64,000 bases of DNA from Tubiluchus corallicola (lineage: Eukaryota > Animalia > Priapulida), in NCBI GenBank assembly GCA_030141605.1, contig JAQGDQ010001080.1, positions 643 through 64,642 on the forward strand, read 5' to 3'. The position numbers and the translations under genes were made by a program. This document shows, in pieces, positions 39,461-53,466 of the stretch (position 1 is the stretch's first letter; each line of letters begins with the position of its first letter). Under the pieces are notes generated by a model. It did no database searches. It saw only the letters and a list, made by a program, of their open reading frames with translations, and was not told the origin of the DNA.

Positions 39461-42400
39461 GCAACATAACCTGGCATACAATAGTATAATAGTAACCACA
39501 GAATTTAGCAAAAAATAATAATTAACAAACAACAGTAAATAACGAGTATGTAAATGACATAAGAAAAAGTGATTCTAGGTATGCTTATTATTTACGTATT
39601 ATTACGTAATCAAATTAAAATGCAATCTTTGAAGTAAGATTTGTAATAATATAACCGATTAGGAAATGCCGCATTTTGATAAGATTATAAAAGATTTATG
39701 GCCCCAATAATTGAGTTTGAATTTCTTTTATTTCAAAGCATTTTAATATAGTTCTGTTCAAAACACAGAGGAGAATAATTCTACCCTTGCCGAAAATATA
39801 GACGAAGCTGCGTAACAATGGGTGTTTGAAAAAAACACAGACAATTTTAAGTGTTCAAACACATGGCAAAACATGGCTACATATGAAAGGGCAATTCTCT
39901 ACAGTGATAAGCATTGTTCCGCAGTTCCGTCGCTGAGCACTGGGAATAGAGCTTTGTTAACAAAGCACAGGTGTGTCCTATTATTTTTGTTGGAAGTTTT
40001 TGTTGGATGCTTGTAATAATATAGCGCCCTGGTAGACACGCAATAAGATGTGTTGTTAAGATTGAAAGGAATGTCTTTTCAGATTTGAAAGCTTTTCAAA
40101 GTGTTTGTACAGCAAACATTGGGCTAAAAGCTTTTCTTGTGATAATAAAGGGCGAGACTGCTTAATAATAATTGCTGTTTGGATAAAATGGAGAAAGCTC
40201 TGAGTGCTCAGGAACGTTAACAAAAGACTCTTTATATTCTGTTTTATTCAAGTTTTGTTATTGATTTTGAGCAGAGTTAAAGTGGCTCTGAAGTAAAGAA
40301 TAATATTTTCCCACATTTTAACATCTTGCGTAAACTAACCTCAGCTGAACACCTGGGAATGATGCCAGGGAAAGAGTTAAGTAAAAAAAATGAATAAACC
40401 GAATCCCCTATAACTGAGAAAGATTTTGGTACATTTTTGTCTTTCTAGAGAAAAATTAACATTTTGCCAAATCTGCTGATACCGTTACATATGAAACTGT
40501 GTTAACCAGGTATTATTGAAAATGCTGGAGGAGAAATTTTCATATATTATTTCAGGGTCATTTCAGATTCTATCTGCCATTGATTTAGAAGGATTAATAG
40601 ATTCCTGTAAACTTGCAATGAGCAAAAATATTTTTTTCAGATTATTACATCATTGGGCAAATCAACCACTCAAGACCTGCTACCCCTGTGAAAAGAAAGA
40701 ATTTTCAAATCCCAGGCCAATAAATATTCGCCTCAGAACTTGTTTTGTTTGTGTTGGGATGTGAAAATTTTCTGAAATTTACTTAAAAATATCTTGGAGC
40801 CTAGGAGCCTAAAGAAAGACTCCACCGAAAGAGTTAAGAAAATAAAGCAGAAAATTTTCAAAGACTGCATTATGCACTTGGGAAAGACTTAAGAAAATAA
40901 AGCAGAACAATTACATCCTTAAACTTCAAAGCCTGCATTCCACACCTGGGAAAGATTTAAGAAAATATAGCAGAGTGTTTACACACTTGAATTTCAAAGC
41001 CTGCGTATATAATGAATTTCTGCAAACATATAGGTAAAAACCAGCCTCTTTTGCTATGATAACAAAGGAGAGGCTGTTTAATAATATTAGCTGTTTAGAT
41101 AAGAGTTGAGGAATTTAAAGTGCTCTAACACTTGAGTAAACATGGCTCGATATGAAAGAGTAATTTTCTAAAGTGAATTGTTTGAAGAAGACCTCTCATG
41201 TGCATTGTTGCTTCCATACGCATCACTACACTCAGTGCTCCAGCATGTGTGCTAACACAACACGTCTCTGCCATGCTCTACACAGACAGGCATACTTGGG
41301 TAAAATATTTTCACCATCTATCAAATCTACACTATCCAATAATGAATGTCGAGAAGTAAAAAACGCTGCATAATGAAAACTGTTTTAGTAAATTTCAAGG
41401 ATTAAAGCAAACAAAACCTTGTACTTAAATATATTTGTCTTCTTGTTACCCTGGCAAATATATTTGGGGGTGGGGGCGGCGGCAATTGCATCAGTAGTCT
41501 TGTATCTTGCTTTAGTTCTGTACGAGACAGTATAAGAATCTTCACTCATGTCAAAACTAGATTTTTTCATATGCCTGGGTTCATTTTTGGTACACAATGG
41601 GCGCAACACAGAAAGTTCTCTCCATGATTTAAATTAGATCCAGTTTCTGTCAATGTATCGTATACTCAAATGAGCCAAAGAAATTTTTTACACATCCGTT
41701 GATAACAACAAGACTATTTCAAATCATTGAAAACAATGTAAAAGCAGACTATTCGTACTAAAAAGCAGACAAAAATAATCTGATGTCATTGAGTTCATCA
41801 GATCACCGTGTGCAATTTAATGAAAACAGTGTAGGTGGCAGGAGATTGATATTAGAGGGATAATTCCTGTCTTCAGCAATAAATCACTTTGTAGATTTAC
41901 TCTTTCACATCGAGCCATGTTTGCCTATGTTTGAATGCTTAAAATTGTCTGTGTCTTGTTCAAACGGCTATTATTATCACCTAGCCTCGTCTTTATTATG
42001 ATGGTAAAAGAATCTGTTTTTTCCCTCTTTGTTTTCAATACAAATACTTCAAAATGCTTTCACTTATTGTGCTTATAATCCTTTTAGTTTTATCAAAAAA
42101 TCGCATTTCCCAGGTGGTTATATTATTACAAGCTTTACTTCAAAGAGAAAAAATAATGGCATGTCAGCCTAGTAGTACAATATACATTGCTACTCGCCCT
42201 GATATAAAAAGGATTTAGGCACGGATGGATGGATATAGGCTGTGATTTGCAAGGTTAACAACAAAGAAACTGGTCAGCAAACGGATTTATAACCTTTGCA
42301 CTCAGTGGACAAGGATGTATAAAACCACGTTGTGTTGTGCCTTGTGCATCGATTAGTGATCGCGAATCAATTACATTTAAAGAATGTAGTAGAACTTTCG

Positions 42401-42489
42401 TATAAAACAGCTTAAAAGACAGAAGAGGGTTTCTTGTGCATATGTCGTAGTCGCGATAAAAGAAATCTGTGTTCGTTTTCATTTGAAGT

Positions 42490-43935
42490 AATTTGGATGC
42501 AACTACACCTAAGCAAAAATAGCGTTTAATTAATGACGTACTTAACAGATATAGAAACGATCAATTACAAATAAACAGTTTACGAGAAAATGACAGTATG
42601 ATATCTGATCCAGTTGACATTGCTAACAAATTAAATTCCACATTCATCAATCTCGGAAAATTTGACAACTTGCCACGCCAACATAATGCAAATACACAAT
42701 ATATACAAAAACCAATCAGTAACACAATCCACTTTCTCATTTACTAGCGTCACCGAATACGACATCTTTAGAATATTAAACAGTTTAAATATAAATAAAG
42801 GAAGTGGACCCTCAGACATGCGAATAAAAATTTTAAAAGACTGTGCCAGCATCATTACTCCTCATCTAACATATATCACAAACCAAGTCTTAATGCGCTC
42901 AGAATTTCCAGCAGTGTGTAAACAAGCAAACATAACTCCAATACACAAGAAAGATGCTAATAATGATGCTACAGACAAATTTCAGTAGTGCATGTACTAG
43001 CCAAAGTATTTGAAAGAGTTATCTACAACCAAATAAACCATTACATTGAAAATAATAAGATACTGTCAAATCATCAATTCGGTTTTAGAAAACTACATTC
43101 TACAATAGACGCAATAATTGATGCCACTCAAAAGTGGCGTTACAACTTAAATAAAAATAAATATATAACAGCAGCATTTTTAGATCTAAGTAAAGCTTTT
43201 GACTGCCTCGATCACAATTTACTACTAGACAACTTACGCCAACTAGGATTCGATTATACTTCTCTCAAACTAATTAATAATTACCTACACAATAGAAAAC
43301 AAGGAGTCCAGCTGAACAATCACACTTTTTCAACATGGGACACACCACAGAGAGGCATCCCGCAAGGTACGATATTAGGTCCTTTACTCTTTTGCTTATA
43401 CGTTAATAAAAGTCATTTAGTTTTACATAATTCAGACTTGACACAATATGCCGATGATACAACTATCTATACAGCACACGCATAGATCAAAAAATAATCT
43501 AGAAAAAGACATAACAAATATAAATGCAGCATTTAACTATTTTGGTTTAAAAATGAATGATGATAAGACAAAATTTATGGTAATATCACCCAAATCAAAT
43601 GACATTACTTCTTCTAATGCAACACTAAAAGTAGGTGATATGTGTTATGTTAATTGTGTCATGTCAAATGTATATATAGTGTAAAATATGTCATGTAAAA
43701 TTTAAAGTACTTTTGTAATATTGTTTTGTAAAAATATTTTAATAATATTGTGTTTGCAAATATGTTCATTTATTGTATATAGTTTTGCACTTTAGTTTTT
43801 TTAGTATGCACTGGATGCATTTGTCTTGAACAGTGTGGTTATTTTAACATTACGCTGAGGCTTACTCAATGAGTGAACAATTTTAATGACAAATAAAGAA
43901 TTAATATATATATATATATATATATACATATATAA
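42490..43935 (+). mobile_element. CR1/L2-group LINE ORF2 RT fragment (frameshifted) followed by a 3' tail
   Basis: ORFs 42662-43684 contain KGSGPSDM, ANITPIHKK, HQFGFRKLHST, FLDLSKAFD, GIPQGTILGPLLF, QYADDT, MNDDKTKFM; AATAAA and (TA)n at 43891-43935. Confidence 0.95.
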
Positions 43936-44084
43936 GTTTGTCCTCAATACTGTCCCCCATCACATGACGTCACCTACGAAAGAGTGCTTTCCGGCGAGGA
44001 AAGGCATTGTTAAATTATGTCCCAAAAAACTTTCCATGCAAATCTATATTACTTGGTGGCATTTCGCTTAGTCTCTCGAAAGAC

Positions 44085-45450
44085 TTAGAGGGTTTTCATG
44101 TGCTTTAAAGTTTCTCTTAAACAATTAAAATGTAATGTAATGTAAAGGGAGGCTGCCATGCCAGAAAACTGCACAATCATGAAAAATGTTATTGCTTCAT
44201 ACTGTAGTAAACCTTCTTTGTATGTCAATTTAACTGGAATATTGTACACTATTACTAGTCTTGTCTGTATTTGCACAGATTTATTTTCTTAACCCTTTCC
44301 TAGACGTCATTTTCTAAGCTCCCAGACTCTGTTCACACAACATTTTGGGTAAATTTTAGATATTTTTAACGCCTCAGGCGCGAAAGAGCAAAGCAGCATC
44401 TTGGATTTGAAAGCTCTTTGCGTTGAACGATTTTGAAGGAACGTCAATATTTATACAGTCAGATATTTCTACTCATATCAGCTTTGAACTTTAAACTTTA
44501 CTGTACTCACAACATCACAACAACTGGTTTCTGAAATTATGACATGCTTAGAACGTAATTGCGTATTGAAGTAATGGTATCAGAAAATTGAGATGCTTTT
44601 CACGTGTTCTCAGTTGAGTCCGGCTCATTATCAAGTGTAATCCCTGATGATGCGCCACTGGACTACCAGAGGTGTCTGTGACGTCACAGACGTCCTCGTC
44701 CGTATTAAAATTATGCTAAAGTTCATTTTGTACTCCAAATAAAATATTCACTACTGTTTTATGTTTGGGTTGGTTTTCTGCCCATCCTTTAATACCTCTC
44801 CCCATTTTCCTGTTTGATGGCGATCTTCCTGCCACATGTCTTGATCGGTTACAGGATAATTTTCGCGCTACTGGAAAAGCATTGAACCGTGATTTTTCCT
44901 TATTGCAGCCATTACGGGTTTGAGCTGCGTTTAAAGCTACACGTTTTGTTGCAGCAAGTTTGAGATCTCATAAAATTTGTTTAACATTATTCTAGTTGTG
45001 CAGACTTCTAAAGCCTTTATGCAGACAGTTTTGTATATTATAGAATGATAATAGAATCACTTAAGCAGTAATTCGAAGCAGTGATCACATAGACAACAGG
45101 TGTGTCAAAAAGTTTTCTATGGATGGAAAGATTTTTGGGACATAATTTAACATTGCCTTTTCTTCCCCTGATTTACGTAGAGCGTGTATTACGTCATGTA
45201 ATGGCGTGGTCGGAACAGTATTGCGGGAGATTTAAAACAAATAAAAATGTCTTTCAATGCGAATACGATATATGCATAAAGTTGCTGTAAAGTAATATTA
45301 TTTTTAATGCAAATTTTCTGAAACCTACTCATACGTTTTGATGGTAATGTCTGTGTAAACGGTTTATCATGAGCCCTTCAAGGTCGGGCATTATCCACTG
45401 TTTCACAGGCTGCCAAGATTGTTGTGAAAATTGCAGAATCAATACGGAAC
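44085..45450 (-). repeat. Inverted copy of the modular repeat family (continues at 42230-42485 beyond the LINE)
   Basis: Reverse complements match 36015-36075 (45375-45440), 36420-36620 (44450-44680), 36880-37090 (44095-44290) and 37090-37230 (42270-42420). Confidence 0.8.
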
Positions 45451-45505
45451 TGTTAATGCCTGGGTTTTCATTCATTCAGTCATTACATCATTAATAAATG
45501 GCAGT

Positions 45506-46466
45506 TGTAATGCTTGGGTCCGTATATATATATATAATGACACTTAAGTCAGATTAAAGTAATTATTAAATCCAAAATTTAGTTTAACAAATGCAGGTTA
45601 CGACATTATCATTTCAGACACGCCATCACGATCAACTTGTAATTCAATTCAACTATGATTTGTTACTTAACATTACATCTCCCTTTTTCTAAAAGAAGCA
45701 CTTCATCAAACCCAAATTTAGATTTCAAACTTCGATTACATAAGCTTTAAACTAGAACTTTAAAGTTGAAGATGTTAACTTTTACACCAAAGGCTTGTCC
45801 AAAGGGAATTTGCATATTTGGACAGCCTTCAGTAAAGCTCCATCCACAGTATATGAAATTTTTTGTTATACATGCAATAAACTGGTTTCTTATAAATTTC
45901 AATCACAGAAGTGTTATAGTTTCATTTAAATCTGAATTGTAGTGAAAGTTCTATTTAACTAACTCTAACATTATAACTGTTGTAACTGTATCACTAATGT
46001 ATTTAACAGTATGATTTAAGAATTAGTACTTTCCACAAGTCAGTCACATTGCTCTGTAAAAACTATAAAAACACACTTAACTAATTTTGTGAAGCTTGAA
46101 CATTGAAACTAAACTTAGCATTGAAATTCAAAACTGAAATTCACATTGTTTCCATCAATCTTTCTGGACACTTCACTGCTCTTCCAAATCTAGTCATTTT
46201 GTGTTGTTCAACTTCTGATCTCACTTGCTGTTGCTGAAAGTGTTCATTTCCCTGTGGTTCCAAATCAATCAATTCAGAATTACAGTCACTGGTTCCAGTA
46301 ATACACCGTCTGATAGCAGATTGTGACTGTTTGTGGGAATAAGACTAATATAATTATAACTGGTCTAGGGTAATCATTTCTACTAATTTCATCACCAAGC
46401 GTTTGGGTTCATGTTGTTCAATTCTCCTATGGGACTCGATTATTTTACTGATTATAATCTTTGAGT
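45506..46466 (-). mobile_element. 3' end of a Gypsy (Mag-like) LTR retrotransposon: pol C-terminus, PPT, short putative LTR (45506-45677)
   Basis: Minus-strand TRFGRAVKCPERLMETM* (46195-46141); PPT AAAAAGGGAGA directly before TGTAATG at 45677; matching CATTACA end at 45506. Confidence 0.7.
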
Positions 46467-47256
46467 TGTAAATCATAAAATGTTTTCACAAACTTTGAAA
46501 TAGAACTATTAAACACTTAGATGCTGTGCAAATCATACAGTATGTTATTAAACAAGAACAAAGCAAAGAACAATTGTACATACAGGAGAAAATAATACCT
46601 ACTGGGCCCAGATTAAACAAGTAACAAGGAGTATACTCATGTTTATACGTAGTTCCTGATGGCCGGCTCTTCCAGGATGCACCGGGACGGTTCACAGTCT
46701 CTAATCCACGATCCTCTACTGGAATAAGGAGGATGCTCCACCATGTAGCCGATCCATGATTTCTGACACGCCACAAGTAGTTTAATCTTGAATCGTAGTC
46801 GTATCTCTGCGTCTCCTCTACCGCCGAATAGCGTAACCCAGATGCTGCGGACTCCACCACTATGTGAACTCTCCGCCAATGCCCTGAAAGTTTCAGAATC
46901 CCTCACAGGGTGGGTTTTCCAAGAGCTCCTCTAAGTGAAGAAGTATGACAAGGCAATCACTTCACTCCTGAATCTTGCTGGTGCTACGTAAAGGTTGTCG
47001 ATACAGCATTGTGCATTTAGCTATTGTCTCTCATAGAACAACTAAATTTTGCCATTAAGGCCAAAATAAAACTCATAGACAAAACGTGTCTCAAAACAAA
47101 ATTCGAACCTCAATGAAGTGGGCAAACATAAGCCTAGACACAATGACCTTGTATATAATGCACAATGGCTTCTATACTGTTCAAAAATATTATAGTGATG
47201 AATAGCCCTGTATATCGGCCAGTTAGCAAGCGGTCATGCATCGCATGGCCGTGACA
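46467..47256 (-). repeat. Putative 3' LTR of the Gmr1-type element
   Basis: Starts TGTCAC after a purine tract, plausible TTTACA end at 46467; no partner LTR in the window, so the end is uncertain. Confidence 0.5.
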
Positions 47257-47513
47257 TGGCTCTCCCAAAAGGAAATTTGTCACAAATTTCAAAAACTGGC
47301 AGATTATTTACCATTCAGATTCATATCATCCATTAGCAAATCAACAAAGTGCAAAAAATACGTCAACAACATTCCAAAAAGTTTTCACCGAAACAAAGAT
47401 AATGCTCCTTTAAAAGAAATTAGAAAGAAAAAACACTGATTACTGGCAAAACAAACGTGCTCTTCAGTTTGCTTTGCAATAGTAAACTAGCCTACTGGCT
47501 TACTTTTTGCCTA

Positions 47514-47909
47514 TTATAACCGACTAAGGCAATCAGCCACCTTGTTATCTACACCGGCGATGTGTTCAACTGAAAAGGAAAATTCACTTAGAATTAGCGC
47601 CCAATGACAGAGACGTCTATTATTTTTGCGCATCTTGTTCAATGCCAAAAGACTACGCTGGTCTGTTCTCACAACAAACTTTCTTCCTTCAAGATAATAG
47701 CGCAATTTGTCGACCGCGTACACCACACTGAACAGCTCACACTCTACAATAGAGTAACGAGATTCTGTGTCTGTGAATTTTCTACTTATGTATGTTATGG
47801 GGACTTCCCCTAACCCATCTTCCCGGTCCTGAGATAAAACTGCCCCAATACCAATGAAACTGGCATCAGTGGTGAGCATGAATGTTTTAGTGAAATCTGG
47901 TGAGTGCAA
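47514..47909 (-). pseudogene. Gypsy pol RNase H domain (pol C-terminus)
   Basis: FMLTTDASFIGIGAVLSQ...YSIVECELFSVV...FVVRTDQ...HIAGVDNKVADCLSRL then stop. Confidence 0.95.
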
Positions 47910-47929
47910 GACTGAATTTGATGTTAGTG

Positions 47930-48884
47930 CTTGCTGTAGACGGAGAAAACTTTTCTCACAACTATTTGTCTAATCTACTAGAACGGAACGGGGGCTGGTT
48001 TTTCAGTTAATGCATGAAGATGGGCGGCGATGGTACCAAAGTTTGGAATGAATCGCCTATAAAATCCGACCATTCCTAAGAATCAGCGTACCTGACTCTT
48101 CGTCACAGGTCTTGGGAAATCGTGAATCTGTTGCACCTTCTTTGATTGCAGTTTCAGGTGGTTCTTGCCTACAATGTAGCCGAGGAATTGCGTTTCTTGT
48201 TGAGCAAAATGGCATTTTGAGGGTTTTATTGTTAAACCGGCTCTGCGGATACAACTCAATGTAGCCTTCACGTGGACTAAATGCTGGTTCCAGTCTGATG
48301 ACTTGATCAAAACGTCATCGATGTATCCTTGGAAGCAATAGGATACTGTCTCTAACACTCTGTCAATTAAAGACTGGGCTGTTGTAGCAGCATTCTGGAG
48401 ACCGAATGGCATGACCAAGAATTCAAACTTACCAAATGCTGTCACGAAGGCAGTTAGTGGGATTGATTCTGGAGACATCTCGACCTGCCAATATGCTTTT
48501 GCTAAATCTAAAGTAGTAACCCAGACTGCATTGTGCAAGTCGTCGATCATGTCATAGGGCCTTGGCAGTTGGTAAGGGGAGAATGAAGTGTGACTATTGA
48601 GCTTTCGGAAGTCTACACAAAATCTCCACTGCTGATCTGGTTTAGGGACTAGGAGCATAGGAGAGGCGTACTCTGACTCAGAACGTCTAATGACGCCCAA
48701 GTTCAACATGTCTTGCAGCCTGTGGTAGGCGGTATGGTGCTTGGTGAAGAGGCGTAGCATCGGCGAGATTGATGTGATGTTGTACTAATGACGTACCAAT
48801 GATGTGATGCCTAATGAAGTCTGTAAACATCTCTCTGAAATTATGACATACATCACGTAGCTCAGAACAAGCTGGCTCTGTCAA
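47930..48884 (-). pseudogene. Gypsy pol reverse transcriptase (frameshifted)
   Basis: SEYASPMLLVPKPD, WRFCVDFRKLN, TLDLAKAYWQV, MPFGLQNA, GYIDDVLI, KPSKCHF, FLGYIVG. Confidence 0.96.
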
Positions 48885-49251
48885 GTAATCAGGAAATTCG
48901 TATCATTAACGGTCTGTTTTGAACTGGCAGTCTGGGAATCCACAACAAACCCTGAACCGATAGCTGGCTCGTTCAAAGATTCATTCTTGCTAGATTCCAA
49001 GTGTTCTTCTTTGTGTTCATCTCTTGCATTGCTCTGAACATCATCTTCAGAGCACATGGCCCATAAGACAAGCTCTTCCTCACGCTCAACATAAGCTTTG
49101 AGTTTGTTTATATGGAAGATGCGGATGTCACATCTTCTGCCTTATCTTATCCACGATAGTGTATAGACCTTTCCAAACTGAGGACATTTTATCACCCTTT
49201 GGCAACCGCAAAACAGACATCAAATGTGCTAATGCCAGCAGCATCGACGTA

Positions 49252-49569
49252 TTATTTTAGACCTTTCGCCAGACATCTAAACATTTGACGATATGTTTCA
49301 TCTTTCCGCTTAACTATCGCTCGAAAACGCTCCAAATAAACACCTTCTGACAGAACATATGCTGAAAGTATAGCTTTGCGAACTATGTCATAGTACCGAA
49401 GTTCTGTTATGCCGACTTGATGAAAAGCGGCTGCTGCTCTTCCTGACAATGCAGGCCCTAGAGATGCTGCCCATTGAGAGCGTGGTATCGCATTAGCAGA
49501 GGCTGAATGTTCGAAGCGGTCAAGAAATGATTGTATGTCTTCCTCTGCTTCAACAAAGGCCTTCAGCAT
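49252..49569 (-). pseudogene. Gypsy gag capsid fragment (SCAN-related type)
   Basis: EDIQSFLDRFEHSA...WAASLGPALSGRAAAAF...YDIVRKAILSAY.LSEGVYLERFR, typical of Gmr1-type gag. Confidence 0.88.
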
Positions 49570-49844
49570 TTTAAGCGTTTAACTAGTGGAAGTGCAGGAC
49601 TAGTGGGCAGTCCAGAAGCTGCTGTTCCAGCTGGTGAGCTAGCCACAAGTTCCAATCCCAGTTTGCGCATCTTCATGGACTGCAACTGGGTGAATAATTG
49701 GGCTGCATTATTGTCCTATTTAGATAAGGTTTCAAACGAAAGATCATGACCGAAGTTGATGCTTCATCTGAGGGTGTAGCTTCAGTTAGGCAAGCACCCT
49801 GGGAAAACTTGTGCAAACTGGGTCCTTGTTTAGCCGTAATGGAC

Positions 49845-52531
49845 GTCTCCGCTAGGGTTGCGCTAGGTTTCATTGCCTTTGGCTTCGCACCACCAATTTC
49901 AATTCCTTGCCTATTCCTCATTCCATTCCTTGCTAACACCCGATTGCCCTGGCCTGAACAGCGCCAAGATTAAGTCCTGAGTCAGTATCAGGCATCCCTA
50001 AATCTGGATCCTCCCCTGTATCAGCATCGCGGAATCCATCTTCAGACACGCCTGTCTGTTGTAAAACATTTGCTGTCTCCTGCAGTAAAAGAGTTATTAA
50101 ATTTAATACTATATTTCGTAAAGAGTTACGAAACTGGTTCTCCAATGCGGTTAACACGGGCACATCCAAGATCAGATTTGCATCCGAACTTCCCTCCACG
50201 TGAAACTCGGTGGGACTGGTCACGTTTTCCGTATATGCGTTGATGGGGTGAAAGTCCACGTAATTGACAGTCCGAAATGGCCACTTGGTGCATCGAGCTG
50301 CTATAAGTTATTTACCTTTGCAGGTCACTTGAAACATGTCCTAGTTTGATTAGGTCCTGCAAGGAGTTTATAGAAACTGCTTCTGCTTCATCAGGTCTGC
50401 TAAGAAATGTGTGTCCTCACTTTGACCGCATGTACTTGAACCCTAATTGTTTTTACATTGTCGGCATGGTACTAGAGAGTTGCGTATGTTTAAATTTACA
50501 TTAACGTATGGTATGATATCGTGTGTGTGGCTTGGTGGGAATGGCATGTTGTGACTGGTGTGGTGTGGCGGTTGTGATGGGTGTCCGTCGTATGATGGTG
50601 GAGTTGTGATGGGTGTCCATGGTATGGTGGTGGAGTTGTGATGGGTGTCCATGGTATGGTGGTGGAGTTGTGATGGGTGTCCATAGTATGGTGGTGGAGT
50701 TGTGATGGGTGTCCATGGTATGATGGTGGAGTTGCGATGGGGAAGGCAGGATGTGGGTCATGTGGTGTAGGTTACATGTTGCCGTTTGGGTGGTGAGGTG
50801 GATGTTTTATGATGTGGGTGATATGGTATGGGTGATGTGACGTCGATTGAGTTGTGAGTGGTGTGTAGGTTGTAGTTGTGGATTTATGTGCAAAAATCTT
50901 TTGTGGGGCTTGGCTAGTTACTACCATTTGCGTACTAAAAATAATAATTATGAAGTACACAACTTAAGATTTAATAAGTTATATAAACAGGAAGAGGAAA
51001 AGCGATATACTTAATTATTCAATGAGTAGTTTGAAAATTTCGAACCAACCAAATTGAAATTCAGCACAAAGAGAAGTCTACTAAATCTCAGGATTATTAT
51101 TATTCTCTAGTGTAGCTAATTATTAAACATAATAATTATTGCAATGAAGACATTGTCCCAACCTGAAGACGTTGTGTTTACAAGAAAAATTCGTTGCTTT
51201 TGCTATCATGTTCAACATTCTCCCTTACTGATTGGTACAGAAGTAGATTATACAAGCTACTCGCCATTTTATTCAATTTACGTTTGTGTGACAAGTGTCA
51301 AGTAAACCTAGAAGAAATGGACTGTGTGAGCATTACGATTAAACGTCGTTTTTTACATTTAGATCTAATGATAATTCTACAACATACAAATCTTTGGTCT
51401 GCACAGAGACTAGATAAGTTTAAATAGCCATAACACTATTAAACAGAATTTTTTGTAAACAATTTGCGGACCGATTGATGACCATTACAAATTATGCATG
51501 TCTTGCATGAATGACTCGTGATACGTGGTGTTCATAGTTTTGATTTCGAGCATGGTTTTGATTTTTTGTTGGCTTCATTTACCATGCGATCCTGTGGATG
51601 GAGGATGTTTCAAACGACAATTCACTAATTGGCATAATGCGGCTTAGTCACTTCTGGCAGTTCAGTAGCTCATTTTACAGAGTTGCCCATCATAATCAAC
51701 CAGATTTCATCACATAACAATCTCTGCTTTATGACACTTTTTTTCAACATCATAATTGTTTTCAATATATTATAATTTCAGAAACAAATTAATGTGTAGC
51801 AAGATTATAGTTCTGATCTTGTGAAGAAGAAATATCAGATTGTGTAAACATGGATTTATCATCCAACAAAATTTTTGAACAAGCAAAGAGATTTTACCAA
51901 TATTTAACATTCCTTCAAAACTGTTCAACACAAAAAGCTTTCAAATCTAAGTTGCAACAATATTTATCTAAGGCGAATCATTGTTTGTGTTAAGATCAGA
52001 AAAATTTTAGTATTTTACTTTAAAAATTTGTAAGTTAGCCCGGGGGGCCAGGGAAAGTATTAAGAAAATATAGTAGAGTGTTTACACACTTGAATTTCAA
52101 AAGTCTGCATTCAACACCTGGGAAAGAGTTAAGAAATTACAACAGAGAAATTACGGACAGGCTGCTGCAATCTAGTAAAATTATCAAAAGCTTTTGTACA
52201 AAGGAGTGTGATTCAATACCACTCCTCATGCTCAACAGCACCCTGCAAAGAGAGTAGAGGTAATTTCACTCTTTCTTGAAAAGTTTTGCTGAAAATCAAG
52301 ATGGTTCGATACCCTCGTTATTGAACTGCTCATTAAACTTGCCAACTTTTTCATTACAACTAGTTAAGACAAGCTTTCTATTCTGATGTAACAGACATCA
52401 ACAGCCATGTCATTAACATTATTTATTTGAACGACGGTACAAATTTTCAAATTCAGGTTTAATTCTGACTTTAAACGTGTCTAAATGGCTTTTTCTGAGC
52501 TCTTAACAAAATTTTCTCACATTGTAAAATT
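49845..52531 (+). repeat. Duplicated block (partner 12454-15336)
   Basis: See partner. Confidence 0.97.
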
Positions 52532-53466
52532 CGTGTGTAAATCAACCAAACCTAAAAACACCAAGGAGGAGGCGGGAAGATATATCTGACTGTGTAAACA
52601 TTTTACATTGAACAACTTGAGAGATTTCACAAATACTTAATATTGCTTCAAAAGCTTTCCTACAAAGAGCTTTTCAATCCAAAATGCCGCGATATTTATC
52701 TTAGTAGGCGCCTGGGAAAGAGTTAAGCAAATAAGGTAGAGTGTTTACACACTTGAATTTCAAAGGTCTGCATTCCACACCTAGGAAAGATTTAATAAAG
52801 AAAGCAGAGCAAATACAGACAAGACTAATAATAGCCTACGCTACAACATAGCCTACACTAAAATTGACAAAATCTTTTCTAGAAAGAAGTGTGAAGCAAT
52901 AACCATTTCTTATTATTGCCTCAATAAGTATTGCGTATGTCTTAGTGTCACTTTCTGCACAGGAGAAACTTTAAGCTTCAAAATACCAACATTCATTTAA
53001 ATTCTTCGTAATTAATTCACAATAACTAATCAAGTAAGACAAAACACGTCGCGTTTTTCTACATGGACAAATTATAACCCACCATAGCAGTTGTAGACAA
53101 ATAACAATTTGAGCAGATAAGCCGTATGCATACATTCTCATGAGGATTAAACCGTGAACTTATGATTTATAGACACTGATTCGCATCAAGAAGTTTGCAA
53201 AAATATTTATCAAAATCACACCCAATAAAAGCACCTTCAAATTTAATACGTCTATATTTTGTTTAAAACATGGATGAATAGTTTTACTTGTTAAACTGTG
53301 AAAAAGTAATTTACCAGATTTCAGAATTCTTAAGTAAACTAGTCACACCCTGTTTACTGTTTAAATACTGGAAAGAATGAGCTGAAGGACAGAGAATATT
53401 ATCAATAGTCTACAGAAGTTTTGTTTGGTTAAACTGCCACCCTGGAACTCACAGGGAAAGAGTTAA

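Larger units (their letters stand above)
46467..50260 (-). mobile_element. Gmr1-type Gypsy LTR retrotransposon, internally deleted, 5' LTR missing
   Basis: Order gag, integrase C-terminus, RT, RNase H, stop, PPT-like GGGAGAGCCA, TGTCAC at 47256. Confidence 0.9.

Noticed and set aside
44289-44305. TTAACCCTTTCC as the left terminus pairing with the end at 53462
   Set aside because: Homology to 36880-37090 continues across this TTAA and the LINE remainder is not adjacent, so it is internal to the inverted module.
46486-46906. 124-aa and 87-aa ORFs as env-like genes
   Set aside because: Lie within the putative LTR, overlap in different frames, and show no recognisable env features.
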